Virus record (IMG/VR): IMGVR_UViG_3300047533_000002
Span: 1,303-65,302 of that record
Source of the DNA: a virus
Reading direction: 5' to 3' (one strand)
Length of the DNA: 64,000 bases
The position numbers and the translations under genes were made by a program. Numbering within the stretch: the first letter of the stretch is position 1; every line of letters begins with the position of its first letter. This document shows positions 18,223 through 27,957 of this stretch, piece after piece. The notes under the pieces were generated by a model. That model saw only the letters and a list, made by a program, of their open reading frames with translations, had not been told where the DNA came from and ran no database searches.

Positions 18223-18350
18223 AGCGCGTATGGACCGTAATCGTCGGCTCCAAGTCCTTCCAGATGGTGCTGATGGAGGGTGCCCTGGATCAAGCCGGAG
18301 CCCTGCGCGAGGCTCAGCTTATCTGGCCACACTGCGAGGTAAAGCCGTGA
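18219..18350 (+). CDS. 43-aa phage protein
   Basis: MKRVWTVIVGSKSFQMVLME..; coupled overlaps at both ends. Confidence 0.6.
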   Translation: MKRVWTVIVGSKSFQMVLMEGALDQAGALREAQLIWPHCEVKP

Positions 18351-18655
18351 GCGATCGCATGTTCTGCTTAGAATGCTTGACCAGTAACCCGGCCAATTTC
18401 AGCCGCAAGACCGGGAAGTGCAAGGCCTGCCATCACAAGGCCCAGTTGGCTAGCCTTGAGCATCATTTGCTTGGCCTGCCCGCGAACATACCCGAGCGGG
18501 TATCCATTGCGCTCAACGTCCTATCCCGAGCCCGCTCGGCTTACCGCGCCCTAGCCACGGGCGGCTCTGCTGCTGCGCTGCGCCTGGCGCTGAAGCAGAA
18601 GACCATGGCCCTGATCCGACACGACCGCATACTGCGCTGCGAGGTACACCAATGA
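18347..18655 (+). CDS. Phage hypothetical protein with CxxC motifs
   Basis: GTGA overlap; CLEC, CKAC. Confidence 0.55.
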   Translation: MSDRMFCLECLTSNPANFSRKTGKCKACHHKAQLASLEHHLLGLPANIPERVSIALNVLSRARSAYRALATGGSAAALRLALKQKTMALIRHDRILRCEVHQ

Positions 18656-19446
18656 CCGCTGAACAAGCAAACCTGAAGCCGTGCCCGTGCTGTGGCGGCG
18701 GCGTGAAGCTGGAAGAAGTCAAGATGCGCTCCGGCACCTGGTATGGCATCAAATGCCGCAACAACCGGAACCTGGGCGGCGACTGCGCCATCGAGCAAGT
18801 GCCATCCCGCACGCCAGAGGCAGCGATCAGCCGGTGGAACATGCGCAAGCCCGAGGACGAGCTGCGCGCCGAGATCGAGCGATTGAATGGGTTACGGCCT
18901 GATGCGCCACCACGCGCGCCAGACGGTGGCGGGCTGCCCCGCTATGGCCTGCGCTGGAATGGCCCGCAGCAGCCGTTGGCGGTGCCGATGGATGACGGCT
19001 ACTGGACCCCCTGGCACCTTGCGGAGCGGATCGGCGTGCAGCTCGATGTCAGCGAGGACACCCTGGCCACTATCCGAGGCTGCTTGCGATCGGCTGAAGA
19101 AGAAATCGACCAGCTGAAAGCCGAGCTGGAGGCGCTGCGCAAGGATGCCGAGCGGTATCGGTGGCTAAGTCAGGTCTCGACTATGGCGGACAAGCTGTCT
19201 CCCGGCACTGTAGACCATGCCATCATGCTGCATCAGACCATGGAGAGGATAGAAATACCGGATTTCACGCCCGGTAATGGCAACAAAGCACGCCGCCGCG
19301 CTGAAGAGCTTGGTATCGACTACGACGCCGCCATTCGCACTGAGCACGAACATCGCCTCAAGAATGCGGTCACCTACGGCACCACCCATCCTGAGATGTT
19401 CAATCCGTCTGGCGAAGCGAAGGAGGCTGGCAATGGCGATCAGTAG
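18652..19446 (+). CDS. Lar-family (restriction alleviation) N-terminal domain protein
   Basis: LKPCPCCGG...IKC...C...EAAISRWNMR. Confidence 0.65.
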   Translation: MTAEQANLKPCPCCGGGVKLEEVKMRSGTWYGIKCRNNRNLGGDCAIEQVPSRTPEAAISRWNMRKPEDELRAEIERLNGLRPDAPPRAPDGGGLPRYGLRWNGPQQPLAVPMDDGYWTPWHLAERIGVQLDVSEDTLATIRGCLRSAEEEIDQLKAELEALRKDAERYRWLSQVSTMADKLSPGTVDHAIMLHQTMERIEIPDFTPGNGNKARRRAEELGIDYDAAIRTEHEHRLKNAVTYGTTHPEMFNPSGEAKEAGNGDQ

Positions 19447-19633
19447 CTGGAACACGTATGAAGATATCCGCGCTGACCTGGCTGCCTGGGCGATCGTCGC
19501 AGCGATAGGATGGTTCGGCGGCTGGGTGCATGCCCACTACACTGTTGGCAAGGAATGCGAGCGCCTAGGCACGTTCTACGTTGGCAGCAAGACGTTCGGC
19601 TGCCTGATCGTCAAGGAAGCCCCGAAGGGCTGA
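19433..19633 (+). CDS. Small membrane protein
   Basis: AAGGAGG RBS; hydrophobic LAAWAIVAAIGWFGGWV. Confidence 0.6.
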   Translation: MAISSWNTYEDIRADLAAWAIVAAIGWFGGWVHAHYTVGKECERLGTFYVGSKTFGCLIVKEAPKG

Positions 19634-19715
19634 TATAACATCATCGCCAGGTGCAAAGCCTGGCGGTACACTCGCTAACCCGTATCGCCTATCCAGGCAC
19701 AGAAGCAGCTACGCA

Positions 19716-19982
19716 TCAGATCATCCAGGCAATGCCGTGGCACACATGGTTCACGGTATTCCCCCAGCATACCCACTCACCGCGCATTGCTTCGCCGAGC
19801 AGGGCAAGAGCTGATTCAATCTCGTCAATGACCTGAGCACCCAAGGCGGAACAGTCCACCCAGCCCGTTAAATCGGGTGACCCTTCTAGCCACCTGGCGT
19901 TTTCAACTCGGTAAGCATCGTTCGGTAGGTCTATCTGATCCCATGCCAAATACCGGCTTACACCTGCCGTTCCTGTTTGCAT
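19716..19982 (-). CDS. Possible antisense-oriented small gene
   Basis: 88-aa ORF filling an otherwise empty gap; no family recognised. Confidence 0.35.
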   Translation of the reverse strand: MQTGTAGVSRYLAWDQIDLPNDAYRVENARWLEGSPDLTGWVDCSALGAQVIDEIESALALLGEAMRGEWVCWGNTVNHVCHGIAWMI

Positions 19983-20077
19983 TCCTTCATACTCCGTTTA
20001 TAAAATCCAAACATCAGAGTGCATCTGAATCCATAGGATGCACCCCAGAGTCAATACCGGAGTCGAAACAATCACTT

Positions 20078-20842
20078 ATGGCCCACAAGAACGCGCAGGA
20101 CGCCGCGAACACGCGGACACAGCCGCTACAGGCCCTTGACGCTAAGGAGCAGCGCTTTGTCGAGGAATACCCCAAAGACCTCGATCCAAAGCGAGCTGCC
20201 CTTGATGCCGGCTACAGCAAGACCACGGCTGCATCCAAGGCTTATCAATGGGTAAGCAATGGTAAGGTGAAACCTCACGTCTTTGCCGCCGTCCAGGAGC
20301 GCCTGCAAGCCAGGTCAGAGCGAACCCAGATCACTGTCGATATGGTTCTGGCTCGCCTATGGGCCGTGGCCACTGCCAACCCGAACGAGCTGATGACGCA
20401 CCGTCGGGTTTGCTGCCGCCACTGCTTTGGGAATGGTCACGCCTACCAGTGGGTTGACGAGGCCGAGTACGAGCGCGCCGTGGCCCACGCCAAGAAAGAG
20501 GACATGCAGCCGCCCAGCGATGAAGGTGGCTATGGCTTCGACAAGACCGTGCGCCCGCATCCCAAGTGCCCGCGCTGCAAGGGCGAAGGCTATGGCGATG
20601 TCATCTGGGGCGATACCCGCGACGTTAGCCCCGAGGCCCTGGCGCTGTATGCCGGCGTCAAGCAGACCAAGGAAGGCTTCGAGATCAAGACCCAGGACCA
20701 GCTGGCCGCCCTGCAGATGGTTGGCCGGCACCTGGGCATGTTCAATGACAAGCTGATGCTACAGGGTGACAAGGAGAACCCGCTGACCCTGCTGCTGCAA
20801 CAGGTAGCGGGCAAGACCCTTATGCCCAGGGATGGCGACTAA
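20078..20842 (+). CDS. terS: Terminase small subunit with a Cys-rich insertion
   Basis: KEQRFVEEYPKDL..AALDAGYSKTTA; CCRHC, HPKCPRCKG; QLAALQMVGRHLGMF. Confidence 0.88.
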   Translation: MAHKNAQDAANTRTQPLQALDAKEQRFVEEYPKDLDPKRAALDAGYSKTTAASKAYQWVSNGKVKPHVFAAVQERLQARSERTQITVDMVLARLWAVATANPNELMTHRRVCCRHCFGNGHAYQWVDEAEYERAVAHAKKEDMQPPSDEGGYGFDKTVRPHPKCPRCKGEGYGDVIWGDTRDVSPEALALYAGVKQTKEGFEIKTQDQLAALQMVGRHLGMFNDKLMLQGDKENPLTLLLQQVAGKTLMPRDGD

Positions 20843-21036
20843 TGGGTCACCCAGGGGCGACTGCCAGTCTCAAGACGATGCCAGAGCGCAAGACACGCCA
20901 GTTCCGTCCGAGTGCTTACGGAGCTGGCGGCCTCGCTATCGACGTACTGTCGTCTGCTCATACCGAGCATGGCAGATGCTTCGGCCTGCGTTATCCCCAT
21001 CCTGCCGCGCCATTCAGCCAGTTCTTTCCCGGTCAT
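20839..21036 (-). CDS. Small XRE HTH protein, antisense to the packaging operon
   Basis: ELAEWRGRMGITQAEASAMLGMSRRQY. Confidence 0.7.
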   Translation of the reverse strand: MTGKELAEWRGRMGITQAEASAMLGMSRRQYVDSEAASSVSTRTELACLALWHRLETGSRPWVTH

Positions 21037-21195
21037 GTCAGTGCCTATCCGATAGTTATCCCTGCCTCATTGTGCAGTTTCCTCTCAGAAAGAGCTACAA
21101 TAGCGGGGGTTTCAAGGAGGAAACCGCGCTTCTGTGTGAATTCTGTGGCGCAAGCAAGGGAGTTGCCCGGCACATTTTGCGCAGGAGCGGCCCAA

Positions 21196-21903
21196 TTGAG
21201 GCACCTAATCGGCATTTACACCTGGACCAATACGAAGACAGGCAAGGTCTACATCGGTTCGAGCGCGAACTGCGACCGCCGCATGAACGAGCACCGCAGC
21301 AGGCTACGGCGCGGCGTGCACACCAACGCGAAGCTGCAGGCGTCATGGAGTAAGCATGGCGAGAGCGCATTCGAGTTCAGCATGATCTTCACCGTCCTGA
21401 ACCGGGCTGACCTGGAAGCGGTCGAGCAGCAGTTCCTGGATGATCACGCCGCAGTGCTGAATGGCTACAACCTGGCGCCGACGGCCGGAAACACGTTTGG
21501 TTGGGTAGCGCCTCCTGAAACGCGCGCTCGAATGTCTGAGGCAGCGAAGCGGAGAGACAATAGCCTGCAGGTCGAAGCGATGAGGCGGGCATCGACAGGC
21601 AAAAAACGACCGCCTCATGTTGTCGAGGCAATCCGTAGGGCCAAGACCGGTACGACGGTCAGCGACGAGACGAGAGCGAAGATGTCTCTTTCTGCGCGCA
21701 ACAGGCCTGAGCGCGGGCCTGAGTGGCGTGAGCGCATGTCCCAAATCAGCAAGGCCAAGACCAGGTACAGCCAAGACGATCGCCGAGAGATGGCCAGGAT
21801 GAAGGCCGAAGGCATGACCTTGCGAGAGATAGGTGAGCGCTTTGGTGCGTGCCAGTCGCTTGTATCTCGCTACGTTCGGGAGGCTCGGTCAAGTGAGGCC
21901 TGA
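21196..21903 (+). CDS. GIY-YIG homing endonuclease with NUMOD3 repeats
   Basis: GIYTWTNTKTGKVYIGSS; ETRARMS/ETRAKMS repeats; AGGAG RBS before TTG 21196. Confidence 0.88.
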   Translation: MRHLIGIYTWTNTKTGKVYIGSSANCDRRMNEHRSRLRRGVHTNAKLQASWSKHGESAFEFSMIFTVLNRADLEAVEQQFLDDHAAVLNGYNLAPTAGNTFGWVAPPETRARMSEAAKRRDNSLQVEAMRRASTGKKRPPHVVEAIRRAKTGTTVSDETRAKMSLSARNRPERGPEWRERMSQISKAKTRYSQDDRREMARMKAEGMTLREIGERFGACQSLVSRYVREARSSEA

Positions 21904-23476
21904 GACCATACCTCCTATTGAGCAATGCAACGAGGCTCAGCTTGCACTTGGGCTAGCCGACCCAATGTGGCGGCTAGAAAATTTGTACATGATCACCTCG
22001 AAAGGCGATGATCGGGCCGATGACGATCCCGATAAGGCCCCCGATGTCGTTATGCGTCTCAAGCCAAATCGGTTTCAGCGCAGGCTGATCAAGAACCTAT
22101 GGCACCGGAACATAATTTTGAAGGCGCGCCAGCTGGGTTTCACCACGTTCATCGCCATCCTGTTCCTGGACTGCTGCCTGTTCCGGCCAAACGTGCGCGC
22201 CGGCATCATCGCCCAGGACTTGGATGCGGTGGAGGCGATCTTCGATACGAAGGTGAAGTTCGCCTACGACAACCTGCCCGACGTGCTGCGCGAAGCCATG
22301 CCGCTGATGACCGACAGCAAGCGGGAGCTGAAGTTTGCGCACAACGGCTCGGTGATCCGCGTGGGCACGTCCATGCGATCGGGCACGTACCAGTACCTTC
22401 ACATTTCCGAGTTCGGGAAAATCTGCGCCAAGTTCCCCGACAAGGCCAAGGAGGTGAAGACCGGTTCGTTGCCAGCGGCAGAGCGCGGCATGATCTTCAT
22501 CGAGAGCACAGCCGAAGGTCGCGAAGGCGAGTTCTACGAGATGTGCCAGCGCGCCTTGAAGCTGCAACAGCAAGGCCGCAAGCCCAACCGGATGCAGTAC
22601 GCATTCCACTTCTTCCCGTGGTGGGGCGCCATGGAGTACCGCGCCGACCCGGACCTGGTGATTATCACAGACCAGGACCACGCCTACTTCGACGAGATCG
22701 AAGGCAAGATGAACTGCATCATCGACCTGGAGCAGCGCGCCTGGTGGGTATCGACCCGCGACGAGCAGTTCAGCGGCCAGCCCGAGATGATGTGGCAGGA
22801 ATACCCGAGCACGCCGGAAGAGGCGTTCCAGCAGTCCAGCGAGGGCTGCTATTATGCTGTGCAGATGACCGCTGCCAGGAAGCAGGGCCGCATTACGACG
22901 GTTCCTTACACGCCAGGCATCCCGGTCAACACATTCTGGGACATCGGCAGGAGCGACGGCACGGCTATCTGGTTCCACCAGCGTGTCGGCATCCAAGACC
23001 GGTTCATCCACTTCGACGAGGCGAAGGGCGAGCCCTACGAATACTTCGTCCAGCGGATGCAGGCCAAGGGCTGGGTTTGGGGTACGCACTACCTGCCGCA
23101 CGACGGCAACCACACCCGGCAAGGCCAGGACTATGACACCCAGCTGTCTCCGAGGGAGATGCTTTACAAGCTGGGGCTGCGCAACATCGAGATCGTCACG
23201 CGCGTGCTGGAGATACAGCACGGCATTCAGGCAGCGCGGAATGCCTTCGCCAACTGCTGGTTCGACGAGACGAACTGCAAGGACGGTATCATCCACCTGG
23301 AACGCTACCGGAAGAAGTTCAACAACGCGATGCAGGTTTGGACCGACGTACCGCAGCACGACGAGCACTCAGAGGCCGCTGACGCATTCCGCCAGTTCGC
23401 CCAGGGCTTCACACCAACGACAGTGACCGCAGGCACCAGGCCGAGGCGGCGCAACACATCAGGACGGGTAGCATGA
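21893..23476 (+). CDS. terL: Terminase large subunit
   Basis: IILKARQLGFTT, LHISEF, FIESTAEG, FWDIG; GGAGG RBS before GTG 21893. Confidence 0.95.
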   Translation: MRPETIPPIEQCNEAQLALGLADPMWRLENLYMITSKGDDRADDDPDKAPDVVMRLKPNRFQRRLIKNLWHRNIILKARQLGFTTFIAILFLDCCLFRPNVRAGIIAQDLDAVEAIFDTKVKFAYDNLPDVLREAMPLMTDSKRELKFAHNGSVIRVGTSMRSGTYQYLHISEFGKICAKFPDKAKEVKTGSLPAAERGMIFIESTAEGREGEFYEMCQRALKLQQQGRKPNRMQYAFHFFPWWGAMEYRADPDLVIITDQDHAYFDEIEGKMNCIIDLEQRAWWVSTRDEQFSGQPEMMWQEYPSTPEEAFQQSSEGCYYAVQMTAARKQGRITTVPYTPGIPVNTFWDIGRSDGTAIWFHQRVGIQDRFIHFDEAKGEPYEYFVQRMQAKGWVWGTHYLPHDGNHTRQGQDYDTQLSPREMLYKLGLRNIEIVTRVLEIQHGIQAARNAFANCWFDETNCKDGIIHLERYRKKFNNAMQVWTDVPQHDEHSEAADAFRQFAQGFTPTTVTAGTRPRRRNTSGRVA

Positions 23477-23901
23477 CCATCAATACGCGCAAGGTGCAAT
23501 TCACGTTCTCACGCGAACAGGACGAAAACCAGCTCTTCGAGCCTGACGTTCACGCAGCCATGCGCGAGTACATGGCGAAGCAGGAGGCTTATATCGAAAC
23601 CTTCGGCGAGGACGCGCCAGGCACGGACTACACGGCCAGCAATGGCGTCCGTATCCAGATCAATGCCACCTCCTTAGCTCTGGGCGATGTCGGCCATCTG
23701 CCGCCGCACCAGCAGCGCGTTCTATCCGAGCAGGCCGAGCTGCATGACCGGTTGAAGAAGCTGGCAGCATTCTTGGAAACGGATCGCTTCAAGTCCCTGG
23801 ACCCTGCCGAGCAGGATCGCATGCACGCCCAGCTCAACGCGATGGATCGATACTTCGGCGTGCTGGCAGCTCGCATTGCAGTGTTTGGGGGTTCCAATTG
23901 A
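23473..23901 (+). CDS. Phage protein with crAss001_48-like helical domain
   Basis: HQQRVLSEQAELHDRLKKL..QLNAMDRY..LAARI. Confidence 0.7.
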   Translation: MTINTRKVQFTFSREQDENQLFEPDVHAAMREYMAKQEAYIETFGEDAPGTDYTASNGVRIQINATSLALGDVGHLPPHQQRVLSEQAELHDRLKKLAAFLETDRFKSLDPAEQDRMHAQLNAMDRYFGVLAARIAVFGGSN

Positions 23902-24362
23902 GCCGCCCAGCCCTGGACCTGACCAAGCGCCACTTCATCCACCCGCACCTGGGGAAGGGCATCACCGTCTACGGCAGCTGGTGGCGCAACAATGACGGCA
24001 CCACGCGCCCGTGCATTGTGCTGCTGCCCACTGTGCGCAAGATCGATCACCGGCTGACCCCGTGCGTGATCACCATCGATGACGCCTTCAAGTGGGATAT
24101 CGAAGACCAGACCCTCAACGACAAACAGCGCCAGGCCGTGCGCGTCTACATGAGCAACGCCGCGCGCGAATTCGCCATCGCCCTTGGCCTGGGCGACTCC
24201 AAGCTGTCGATCGCCACCGTCATCAACGTGGTGCACGACGAGCTGGGCGAGCTTCTATCACTGCCACCGGTCCCGCCTGGCGAAATCCAGGTCGTCGCCG
24301 ATGGCTTCATCACCGATCAGGACGGTCGAACCACGCACCGGGAGATCGTCGAACGTGTATGA
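23898..24362 (+). CDS. Phage hypothetical protein
   Basis: TTGA overlap; lies directly upstream of the portal. Confidence 0.7.
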   Translation: MSRPALDLTKRHFIHPHLGKGITVYGSWWRNNDGTTRPCIVLLPTVRKIDHRLTPCVITIDDAFKWDIEDQTLNDKQRQAVRVYMSNAAREFAIALGLGDSKLSIATVINVVHDELGELLSLPPVPPGEIQVVADGFITDQDGRTTHREIVERV

Positions 24363-26640
24363 CAGCCAGCTGGACCTGAAGCAGGCGCGCCGCAAGCGCA
24401 CCCCTGACGACTTCGAACCGATGTTCACCGACGACCCGGCATCGGTGAAGTCGCATGACTTGGACAATGAGAAGAGCTGCCTGCTTCATGGCCGGCTGCT
24501 GGCTTTCTACCTACAGGAGCTGAGCCGGCAGGAGCTGAACCGCAAGGAGCAGGCCGAAGAAGAGGACTTCTACGACAACAAGCAGTGGAAGGACGAAGAC
24601 GCCGCAGTCCTGGAAGAGCGCGGGCAGATACCGCTGGTCTACAACGTCATCAGTACCATGATTGACTGGGTACTGGGCACCGAGCGCCGCATGCGCACCG
24701 ACTTCAAGGTGCTGCCACGGCGCAAGGATGGCGGGAAGCAGGCCGAGCGCAAGAGCCAGCTGCTGAAGTATCTGTCGGACGTGAACCGTACCGGCTTCGA
24801 CGTGAGCCGTGCCTTTGCCGACGCGGTGAAGGTCGGTATCGGCTGGATCGAGGACGGCGCCCAGGACGATAGCGACGGCGAGCCGGTCTACTGCCGGTAC
24901 GAGAGCTGGCGCAACATGCTGTGGGATAGCGCATCCACGCAGCTGGACCTTTCCGACTGCCGCTACGTCATCCGCGTGAAGTGGGTGGATGAAGATATCG
25001 CGGTCGCCATGTTCCCCGATCGGGCCGGCACCATCGTCAACAGCGTGGACAGCGGCACTCGCATTGGCGGCCTGGACGAAGACGGCGACGACCCGATGGA
25101 CAGCCAGGAGGACGAGCGCGAGGAATACCAGAACGGCGTGTTCGACGTGACGCACCAGCGCCGCCGCGTTCGCCTGATCGAAATCTGGTACAAGGCACCG
25201 GTCAAGGACAAGATCGTTCGCGGTGGCGACTTCACTGGCGAGGTCTACGACCAAGAGGCCCCAGGCCACCAGCTCGATATCCAGGAAGGCCGGGCCGAGC
25301 TGATGGAAAAGACCGTGCACCGGATGCACGTCGCCATCATGACCACCGATGCCCTGCTGTACGTCGGCAAAAGCCCATACCGCCACAACCGCTTCCCGTT
25401 CACCCCTGTGTGGGGCAAGCGCCGCGGCCGGGACAACATGCCCTACGGCATGATCCGCAACGTCAAGGATATCCAGGTCGATATCAACAAGCGCGCGGCC
25501 AAGGCCCTGCACATCCTGTCTTCCAACAAGATCATCATGGAAGAAGGCGCGGTTGCCGACATCGACCAGACCACCGAGGAAGCAAGCCGGCCTGATGCCG
25601 TTCTCGTGGTCAAACCGAACAAGCGCTTCGAGCTGAATGCCGAGCGCGAGCTTGCCCCGGCTCACCTGGACCTGATGGCCCGCTCCATCAACATGGTGCA
25701 GCAGACCAGCGGCGTCACCGACGAGAACATGGGCCGCAGCACCAACGCCACGTCTGGCCGGGCCATCATGGCGCGCCAGGACCAGGGTTCGCTGGCCACG
25801 TCCGGCTATTTCGACAATCTGCGCTTTGCCAGGCAGATGCAGGGCGAGGTCGAGCTGTCGCTGATCGAACAGTTCTTCACCGAGGAAAAGCAGTTCCGCA
25901 TCACCAACATGCGCGGCAAGCCGCAGTACATCACGGTGAACGACGGCCTGCCCGAGAACGACATCACCCGCACCAAGGCTGACTTCCTGATCAGCGAAGC
26001 CGACTGGAACACCACGCAGCGCCAGGCCCAGGTGGCCGAGCTGCTGCAGGTCATCCAGCAGGTTGCCCCGGTCAACCCCCAGGTGGCCATGGCCATGCTC
26101 GACCTGGTTGTCGAGACCATGGACATCCCGAGCCGCGAAGAGATCGTCAAGCGTATTCGCTCCATCACTGGCCAGCGCGACCCGGATGCCGAGGAACCGA
26201 CCCCGGAAGAAATCCAGCAGATGCAGGCAGCCCAGGCCCAGGCCGAGATGCAGCAACGTGCCATGATGGCCGAGATCGCCAAGAACGAGGCTACTGCGCT
26301 AAAATCCCAGGCGGACGCGAAGCGTGCTGAGGCTGGCGCGCAAGAGATCATGGCGAAGCTGGCCGGCCAGAACGTCAGCACGCAGAAGGCAGCACTGGAA
26401 ACCGCGCTTGCTATGCTGTCAGCGCCAGCCGTCGTCCCAGTTGCCGATACCGTCCTGCACGAAGCTGGGTTCCATTCCCGCACCGAGCAAGAGCAGCAGG
26501 CACAGGTGGAACAGCTCCAACAGGCCCAGGCCGAGCAAGACGCCATGGAGCAGCAGCAGGCCGAGCAGCAGATGCAGGCCCAACAGCAGGCCCAGCAACA
26601 ACCCGAGCAACCCCAGCAGCCCATGATAGGCCAACAGTGA
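24355..26640 (+). CDS. Portal protein (P22-like) with Gln-rich tail
   Basis: FYDNKQW, PLVYNVI, FPFTPVWG, SGRAIMARQDQG; start GTG 24355. Confidence 0.92.
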   Translation: MYDSQLDLKQARRKRTPDDFEPMFTDDPASVKSHDLDNEKSCLLHGRLLAFYLQELSRQELNRKEQAEEEDFYDNKQWKDEDAAVLEERGQIPLVYNVISTMIDWVLGTERRMRTDFKVLPRRKDGGKQAERKSQLLKYLSDVNRTGFDVSRAFADAVKVGIGWIEDGAQDDSDGEPVYCRYESWRNMLWDSASTQLDLSDCRYVIRVKWVDEDIAVAMFPDRAGTIVNSVDSGTRIGGLDEDGDDPMDSQEDEREEYQNGVFDVTHQRRRVRLIEIWYKAPVKDKIVRGGDFTGEVYDQEAPGHQLDIQEGRAELMEKTVHRMHVAIMTTDALLYVGKSPYRHNRFPFTPVWGKRRGRDNMPYGMIRNVKDIQVDINKRAAKALHILSSNKIIMEEGAVADIDQTTEEASRPDAVLVVKPNKRFELNAERELAPAHLDLMARSINMVQQTSGVTDENMGRSTNATSGRAIMARQDQGSLATSGYFDNLRFARQMQGEVELSLIEQFFTEEKQFRITNMRGKPQYITVNDGLPENDITRTKADFLISEADWNTTQRQAQVAELLQVIQQVAPVNPQVAMAMLDLVVETMDIPSREEIVKRIRSITGQRDPDAEEPTPEEIQQMQAAQAQAEMQQRAMMAEIAKNEATALKSQADAKRAEAGAQEIMAKLAGQNVSTQKAALETALAMLSAPAVVPVADTVLHEAGFHSRTEQEQQAQVEQLQQAQAEQDAMEQQQAEQQMQAQQQAQQQPEQPQQPMIGQQ

Positions 26641-26650
26641 GGAAAGACTG

Positions 26651-27661
26651 ATGCCGATGACTGAAGAAGAACTTGAATTGCTCACCCCCGAAGAGCGTGC
26701 CGGCCTGGAGCTGGACGACGACAATGTTGAAGACGCAGACGAAGGCGACGACAACCAGGGCGATGACGACAATCAGCAGGAAGACGACCAGGATGCCGAC
26801 GAGGATGATGGCGAAGAAGACGGCGACGACCAAGATCAGGACGAGGGTGACGAAAGCGATCCTGACGATGATCAGGACGATGATGCCGCCGCCGACGATG
26901 GCCAGCCTGGACGCGACGATGGTGCTGACACCGACGATCAGGGCGCGGATGGCGAGGACGAAGCGAACCCAGATCGTCCGATAGTCCCTGAGTTCACCCT
27001 GACGGAGCCGGAAGGGGTTGAGGACAAGCTCAAGGCGCTGGATGAACGCGAGGACAAGCTGACCGAGCAGTTCGACGACGGCGATATCACCACCGCCGAA
27101 TACCGCAAGGGGCTGCGCGAGCTGGGCAAGGAGCGCGACGACATCACCTGGTCGGTGCGTAAGTACGAGCAGGCCAAAGAACGGCATGAAGAGGCCGTTA
27201 CTGGCGCCCAGCAGCAGTTCATGCAGAACTGGTTCAAGACTGCCGACGATTTCGTGAAGTCTCACCCCGAGATTTCGCGCAACAAAACCGTCATGCAGGT
27301 CTTCGACAACATCGTTCAGGGCGTCAACACCGAAGAGAACATCAACAAGTTCTCGCACCAACGTCGCCTGGAGATGGCCTACAAGCAGTGGGCCGAAGAC
27401 CTGGGCATACAGGTGCAAGAACCGACCGGCAAGGGCAAGCAGGCCAAGCCGGCGAAGAAGGCAGCCCCGCCGAAGAAGCGCGACCTTCCACCGACCCTGG
27501 GCAAAGTCCCTTCGGCTGAGGTGAATGAGACGGACGACGGTTCCTTCGGCACCCTTAACCGGCTGTTCAACAGCTCAAACCCTAAAGACGTGGCGAAGGC
27601 AGAGGACATGCTTTCGCGCATGCCTGAAGCCGAACAAGACCGCTACCTGCGCAGCAACTAA
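26651..27661 (+). CDS. Acidic scaffolding-like protein
   Basis: Asp/Glu-rich N-terminus; position between portal and capsid. Confidence 0.75.
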   Translation: MPMTEEELELLTPEERAGLELDDDNVEDADEGDDNQGDDDNQQEDDQDADEDDGEEDGDDQDQDEGDESDPDDDQDDDAAADDGQPGRDDGADTDDQGADGEDEANPDRPIVPEFTLTEPEGVEDKLKALDEREDKLTEQFDDGDITTAEYRKGLRELGKERDDITWSVRKYEQAKERHEEAVTGAQQQFMQNWFKTADDFVKSHPEISRNKTVMQVFDNIVQGVNTEENINKFSHQRRLEMAYKQWAEDLGIQVQEPTGKGKQAKPAKKAAPPKKRDLPPTLGKVPSAEVNETDDGSFGTLNRLFNSSNPKDVAKAEDMLSRMPEAEQDRYLRSN

Positions 27662-27673
27662 GGACTGACACCC

Positions 27674-27859
27674 GTGCTCAAGATCGACTTACGCCCAGGC
27701 GAAGAACTTCAGGTAGGGGATGCCATCGTCAAGATGGTTCACAAATCGGGGCAGCTCGCCTGCCTGGTGATCGACGCGCCAAAGGAAACGCCGATCAAAC
27801 GGGTGACAAAGGCCAAGGAGGGCCAAACCTGCACAATAGCCGCACAATTGCAAGCTTAG
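27674..27859 (+). CDS. CsrA/RsmA-like small protein
   Basis: MLKIDLRPGEELQVGD...DAPKETPIKR aligns by eye with CsrA MLILTRRVGETLMIGD...APKEVSVHR; AAGGA RBS. Confidence 0.65.
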   Translation: MLKIDLRPGEELQVGDAIVKMVHKSGQLACLVIDAPKETPIKRVTKAKEGQTCTIAAQLQA

Positions 27860-27862
27860 CGT

Positions 27863-27891
27863 TTGCCTTTTGCAAACAATCATCAGATAAT
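27863..27891 (+). promoter_or_regulatory. Sigma70-like promoter for the capsid operon with an operator-like motif in the spacer
   Basis: TTGCCT-17 nt-GATAAT; TTTTGCAAACA at 27868-27878. Confidence 0.5.
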
Positions 27892-27957
27892 CCGAACAGC
27901 AAAGGGCGCAAGACGTGCCTCATGCGGATATCTCAATCCAACTGAGGACACCCTACA

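Noticed and set aside
20842-21903. Group I intron interrupting the terminase
   Set aside because: terS ends normally and terL has an intact N-terminus and its own RBS; the endonuclease appears free-standing. The track's 353-aa ORF has a spurious N-terminal extension.
26440-27000. Gln-rich and Asp-rich low-complexity repeats
   Set aside because: Protein-level low complexity typical of portal tails and scaffolds, not a DNA repeat element.
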